A DNA stretch of 53,587 nucleotides from Bigelowiella natans CCMP2755 (taxonomy: Eukaryota; Protista; Cercozoa), in the NCBI GenBank assembly GCA_000320545.1, contig ADNK01001747.1, forward strand, positions 1 to 53,587. Direction: 5' to 3'. Shown in pieces: positions 50,627 through 53,587 of this stretch (its first letter is position 1; each line of letters begins with the position of its first letter). The notes beneath the pieces were generated by a model. That model saw only the letters and a program-made list of their open reading frames with translations. It searched no databases and was not told the origin of the DNA. The translations under genes and the position numbers were made by a program.

Positions 50627-51160
50627 ACATAGTATACATGGAATTGGAATCATTTATTTTAAATATTATTCTATTTATTCATTGATGGCCAAATGATGGT
50701 TTCGGCGTGCTCGATTCGTCAGGCATGATTTACCACGTCTCGGGGGATACGAACAAGGGCGGGTGGAGGCTCATCTTGCAGCTTCAGCTCCTTCCGGTCG
50801 GCATGTTTGAGGGACGATGTTCTCCCAATGCATCGCTTTATTCTCGATCAGTTTCATATGATTCTGGGGTGTTTTTAATACTACTCGAAACATCGATGAT
50901 TTGTATCATCCTTCGGCGTATCTATATGCGTACGAGTGCGCCTCGTTTCATGAATTGTTAGAGACAGCATATATCATCCTGCGCCTCCTTCCATTTATGG
51001 ATCATGAAGTTGTTATCACCCAGCGCCAGTACCCCATTCATTGGAATGAGCACTTGCTTCGTTTCAGTGCTGCGGCCTTTCCACACCTGTTTTCCTCCGA
51101 AAAGAGCCCCGTACCATAGAGTTATCCTTCTGCGATCTTAGTTTTTAAGCGAGATGCACG

Positions 51161-51195
<35 letters not shown>

Positions 51196-51232
51196 CCGCG
51201 CGCGCACACACATACTCACACTTTTGTGTATA

Positions 51233-51280
<48 letters not shown>

Positions 51281-51460
51281 ATGCACTCACACGACATTCC
51301 ACAGGCTTTACACTTCGAGACGCATGATGGAGGGTACAACTTCCATGGAGGCTATAAGGGCCAAAAGCTTGGTATGGTGCTCACACACAGAGACACACAA
51401 ACCAGGGTGAGATCGATATTACACAGAAGTGTTTATTGAAAATAACATATCTACATATAT

Positions 51461-51500
<40 letters not shown>

Positions 51501-53587
51501 GAACACGCAATATCCATCCTCAGCGGAAGGTCAAACAGGACACTTGCAATGAAGTCACAATGGTACTCAGCACGCATAACGTGATGGCGCGTATAACCAG
51601 TGAGTTGAGTGGGTGCGGTGACGGCAAAAGTGGACGGACTTAGCCTTTGAGTGACCGTCGTTTATTGCCAGGAATCGATTCCTTTATCGTTGCCAGCGGC
51701 GCGCAGCGAGAGCTTGAGCTTATCGCCAAAAGAGCAAAAGGTCAAAAACGATGATGCCTCTTTGTGATAGCGTGGGTGAATTGCGCGGCTCCATACGGCG
51801 GCGATGACAGACGATGCATTGGCGCTTCCTCGCTGCTAGTATATTCCAACGATACACTAGTATATATATCCATGCACGAAACGTGCACGTCTCGAGGAGG
51901 CAGGTTTTCGAGCGTAAACGTAAGATGACAGAGGAATTCGGTGTTGTTGGGCTTTTATCTCCCGCCCAAGAGTGATAGCCGTGCCCTCGATGTTTGCTTG
52001 CCAGGAATGCTCTGGATATACGGTGGGGGGGGGCAGCGAAGCTCGATCGGAGTTTGCTAAGTAATCACGAAATAGCTACTCAAGCATGATGCTTTCAACG
52101 CATGATGAGAGCAGGGATTGCGATTTGGAGAGGCTGTCCCCGCTGTTAGGCGGGGGAGCGGCAGCGGTAGCAAAGCTGACATTGTGCTTTTCCGGCCATA
52201 TTTCACAGACAACTGGTGAAAATAGGCTATGGCGAAGCGATGATTAAAAACCGAGACTCTCATCCTGGTAGGAGGCATATTGGTTCGTTCGATGCTGTGG
52301 GTGGGAGAGTATTCACTCCCTCGGTTTGGCTGTATCATCAGGTCTATCCCCCCCGGAGTGTAAGGAAGGGCAGCAGCGCCTGTTTTTAATGCTGCCGGCC
52401 ACGTTGCGGGTACTTTGTGTGTGTGTGTGTGTAGAGCTCGCGCTGCTACATGCTGATAATTCGTAAGTTAGTTGATGACGATGCTGATGATGATGATGAT
52501 GATGATGATGATGCAAACGCCCTTTAGCCTCTTGCTGCTATGTTGTCACTTCCTTTGGGATGATGCTGCGCGAGTAGCAGTAAATAACCTATGTTTTCTT
52601 GTGTCTTCTCCGTGTGGCCCTTCCAGTCTTTCGAGCACTTGATGGAATACATATACAAATGGGGAACTGGTAGATATTGGCTGCTGCCTGTGCATCGTGC
52701 CATCTCGAATCAATCCCACACAAAAACTAGCAATGGAAAGATAGAATAAACGTCGGAACACATCGGAAGAATACAGAGTAGAAAGGCAAACGCTGCGCTT
52801 CTTTTTCCCCCTTTTTCCTTCTCTTTCTCTGAGACAACAATTGTTTTTGCTGCTGGTTGGCTTTAGAGAGCAATGGGAAGTGCTTCTTCGTGGCGGTAGC
52901 AGTCGATGTAAGGCGCCATCATTTTCTGACAAACCAAACCCTCATCTTCACATTCTCGCTGAATATTACCACACTTTCGATCAACTTCCCTGCAAATTGT
53001 GTTGGCTCTCTTCTTCAACTCGCAGCCGTGTGAGTGCGTTTTGCGTGTATGCGACAGCCAAACGTCGATATTTCTGGCGACCCAGCTGTCAAGGACTTTT
53101 CCAAGGTAAGGAACGATATAGCAAAGAAGCACAAACGCGCGTATGAATTGCACGAGCCGATGATACGTAAAAATTGTTTTTGGAATTGTCCGCAAAGAAC
53201 CGAGAATCTCTGCTGAGATTGCATCGGAGGAATTTCAGTATTTCAGTTACGAATAACACGCTCTCCCCCCCCCCACCATCATCATCATCATCATCGTCAT
53301 CATCATCATCGTCATCATCATCATCGCTTTCATTATCACCAGGCAAGTCCCGACTACGCAAAGCACATGCTAACACACGCACAACGCGTGATGGAAGGCC
53401 GGTTGGCATATTTTACCTTTGAACGAAACGATTGGAACTGTGTAGGAGGGCCTCGATGCCAACGGTTATCCCTCCTCCCCCCCCCCCCTCTCCCTAGACT
53501 AGTAGATTTAGCAGTTTTAGCTTCGCAGCTCTGCTATTCTTGCCAGCGAGATATTTTTATCGGTTGGATAATCCAGAAGCTGGAAGG
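47033..53587 (+). CDS. Multi-exon hypothetical type II membrane protein with Ser-rich stem and PAN/Apple-like Cys motif; 3' extent uncertain
   Basis: MRSPSGVNRRR..REK|AMPDIEDQTPPSLVLR|LVRGVIVFFLLGITLIRYHR (TM)|HGTLTTSEFEEAIKFLQKTKDP|Ser-rich exons|..ETTSTCCEACK|EAGCSAYASKNGKCLM. Further exon-like blocks continue to the window end. Confidence 0.55.
48254..48361. repeat. 56-bp-period tandem duplication (intronic)
   Basis: ctgcgcgctgaaaggcaccaaacgctacgtaaacaaatagtatggtagtcgc at 48254 and 48310. Confidence 0.93.

Noticed and set aside
1-53587. Glycosylation gene cluster (nucleotide-sugar transporter, GT61, type II membrane protein)
   Set aside because: The genes are tens of kb apart and interspersed with unrelated ones; no evidence of co-regulation.
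1-53587. tRNA, rRNA or snRNA genes; intact transposase or viral genes
   Set aside because: None recognised by eye; a tRNAscan-SE/Infernal/RepeatMasker run would be needed to exclude them.

Overview
Intron-rich eukaryotic (protist-like) nuclear DNA; introns carry many microsatellites, and most ORF-track hits are artefacts of them. Gene models were built by hand from GT-AG splice signals plus remembered family motifs. No searches were run, so exon ends are provisional. Left to right: a nucleotide-sugar transporter (-, runs off the left edge); an SLC25 mitochondrial carrier (+); an AVT1-like amino-acid transporter (-); an APMAP/strictosidine-synthase-like gene (+); a large orphan gene (-); a + strand locus with EF-hand-like loops followed by a Spg1/Tem1-like GTPase domain with degenerate G-boxes; a ~90-bp hairpin tandem array; a GT61-type glycosyltransferase (+); a secreted Cys-rich ORF broken by one stop or an 18-nt micro-intron inside decayed repeat DNA; a small hypothetical gene (-); a DUF3556-like membrane protein (+); a disrupted E2 ubiquitin-conjugating gene (-); and a type II membrane protein with a PAN/Apple-like Cys motif (+, probably running off the right edge). 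Ten genes form five head-to-head pairs, each with a TTTCCGGAAA-like motif between them. The best novelty candidate is the EF-hand/pseudo-Spg1 locus at 28.8-34.0 kb.
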